Below are positions 62,101 to 64,000 of a stretch of 64,000 nt of DNA, one piece after another (position 1 is the first letter of the stretch; the number at the start of each line of letters is the position of its first letter). The DNA is from Hydrolagus colliei (taxonomy: Eukaryota), in the NCBI GenBank assembly GCA_035084275.1, contig CM068747.1, positions 2,914,001 through 2,978,000 of the forward strand, read 5' to 3'. Made by a program: the position numbers and the translations under genes. The notes beneath the pieces were generated by a model. The model saw only the letters and a list, made by a program, of their open reading frames with translations. It made no database searches and was not told the origin of the DNA.

Positions 62101-64000
62101 CAGTCAGAGTACTTCACTGTGGTTGGGGTACTTATGTTCAAATAACAAATTATGCTCAGGTGCCCTAGATTATCATATACAGCCACTCACAGGCAATTCT
62201 TCACTTCCCTTCATTCCAGGAGGAATCCATTAAACAAGTACATGAATAATTAAATTGAAAGTGGAACTCAATTATAATAAACGATTGTGATTTCCACGGT
62301 ATTGTATTATGGTGACTGAATATCAATTCCTCGGTTTAGCAGGCGCACTAACTGACAAGGAATTGGATTCACAATATAAAATTTACGTTACAATTCGTGC
62401 AAAATAATGAAGCCCTCCCTGTTTTCAGTGGCTTGAGTAACCATTTTCTTTCCTTCCTATGAATATTCTCCTCTTCTGTTTCAAACTTTTTTCTTCGACT
62501 TGGGTAGGAGTGGACTCAGCGGGCAGCATCAGATGTATAGGATGAACAGTATATTGTGTGTTAGATTGTTTGTGGTGGTGGGTTGGGGAGGGGGGGAAAG
62601 AGTTTTTCTGTACAATTTGATGGCTCCTTAAAACGTGCTGGGAATCTGAAATCAGTTTGTTGCACACGCACTAAAACAAACAGTTTGCAAATCACAAGCA
62701 AAAATACTTTTGTGATTGGCCTTGATATCCTATATTACAGATGTCTCTATCAAATGGGCATTCTGTAAAAAGCTCTACCAAATGGATTCTCAGTAGAAAG
62801 CTGAATATTAGCATCTGAATATGAACAGCTAATGGACTCATAACAATCTATGCCAAAACAAGCACTATTCCTTTAGACACACACAAAAACATATTTGTCC
62901 CAATCAGTAGTACTATATCCACCAGATTTGTTTTGAAATATAATCAATTTGAGGTTAGAAATAGTTCACGATTCCAACTGATAGCAATTATTTGTACTTC
63001 ACAACCTTTTACAATACAATTTACAGCTGTATTGTGCCTGTCACATCATGAGGATGTCTCATAGCACTTCATGTAGCTGGAATGAGCACCTGAAGTGGGG
63101 TGAGGGGCTGAAAAGTATGGGTCGGGGAAGTGAAATGACCGAAAGCATAGTAACAGAGATAACAGATATAACAGATAAGCCTTGAGGTAACACCGAACAT
63201 GGCAGATAAGAGGGAAACAATCTTGTCTTGAAAACATCTCTAGTTTTCTTTGGTCTATTTTTTTTCCCCATTTCCAATCAGATTTTATAATCATTGAACA
63301 CTTAGCCTCTGGTAAAATACCCTGAATCATTATTTTAAGTAGCTTAAAAAAATAATTATAATTTGAGCATTTTTAATTATTGAAAACAGAGATAATTGCA
63401 GAAATTATTTCCAGAATTCTTTCACCACGAGGGACTATAGTAAAACAACGATATCTTAAACAAATCAGTCCGCTACTGTCTAAATGAATTACAAATTGAA
63501 TGAAAACTCAATGAGTAAGTTGGAGAGCTCTATCTAGTGGACAAGAACAGTGGGTGTATATTTCTTCTAATGGGGATGCAAAGCATAAAATCTTTCAATA
63601 TTAGCTTGGCTTTTGTTTTGCTAGAAATAGCCCTGAGGAATATATACCTGCCAAAGTAAAATTACAGAATATTAGCTGGACTTGGAGAAGTTTCTTTCTT
63701 CTTAGTGAAAAAGCAAATTCGTAAGAACACTGGATCAATTCAATTTCATGAAAAAGCACGTATCTTGTCAAATTATTTCAAATGCAATTCCCTCGCCTGG
63801 CTTTTCCCTGGCTAAAGCAAGAACTTTATGCTGCGATACGAATCCTGTGTCATTTTGTTTAGTTATATAGGTGACAAGCAGGCAGTTTGAGCACAATAGT
63901 CAATGTTTACATTACATGTGAATTACACCACTCCTATTCTCCCCATTACTTTTCACCAATATGATAGTTAAACCTGTTAAACAGCTAAACAGAGTTTCCA

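Noticed and set aside
703-63330. Remaining short ORFs in the track
   Set aside because: No recognisable domains or exon structure; recurrent peptides ([18 protein letters not shown]) are SINE translations.
38000-64000. A second protein-coding gene downstream
   Set aside because: No coding exon recognised on either strand; small or non-coding exons cannot be excluded by eye.

Overview
Vertebrate genomic DNA, most likely a cartilaginous fish (probably a chimaera; inferred from the repeat content, not verified). It holds one complete protein-coding gene on the + strand: parathyroid hormone 2 receptor (PTH2R, class B1 GPCR), with 13 coding exons from 17562 to 36218, all introns GT-AG, and a 1599-nt CDS (532 aa). 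The rest is intron or intergenic DNA packed with retroelements: tRNA-head Deu-domain SINEs, L2 LINE 3' fragments, CR1 fragments, and a Penelope-like (GIY-YIG) element with several short derivatives carrying a minimal hammerhead-ribozyme core. The most notable observations are the hammerhead-bearing ~150-nt Penelope derivatives (including an inverted pair and a twin-priming-like insertion), a decayed copy of the TM6 exon inside intron 5, PTH1R-type residues at ligand-selectivity positions, and a splice acceptor that abuts a retroposon tail. Almost all entries in the ORF track are spurious or repeat-derived. Exon boundaries were read from splice sites; repeat boundaries are approximate.
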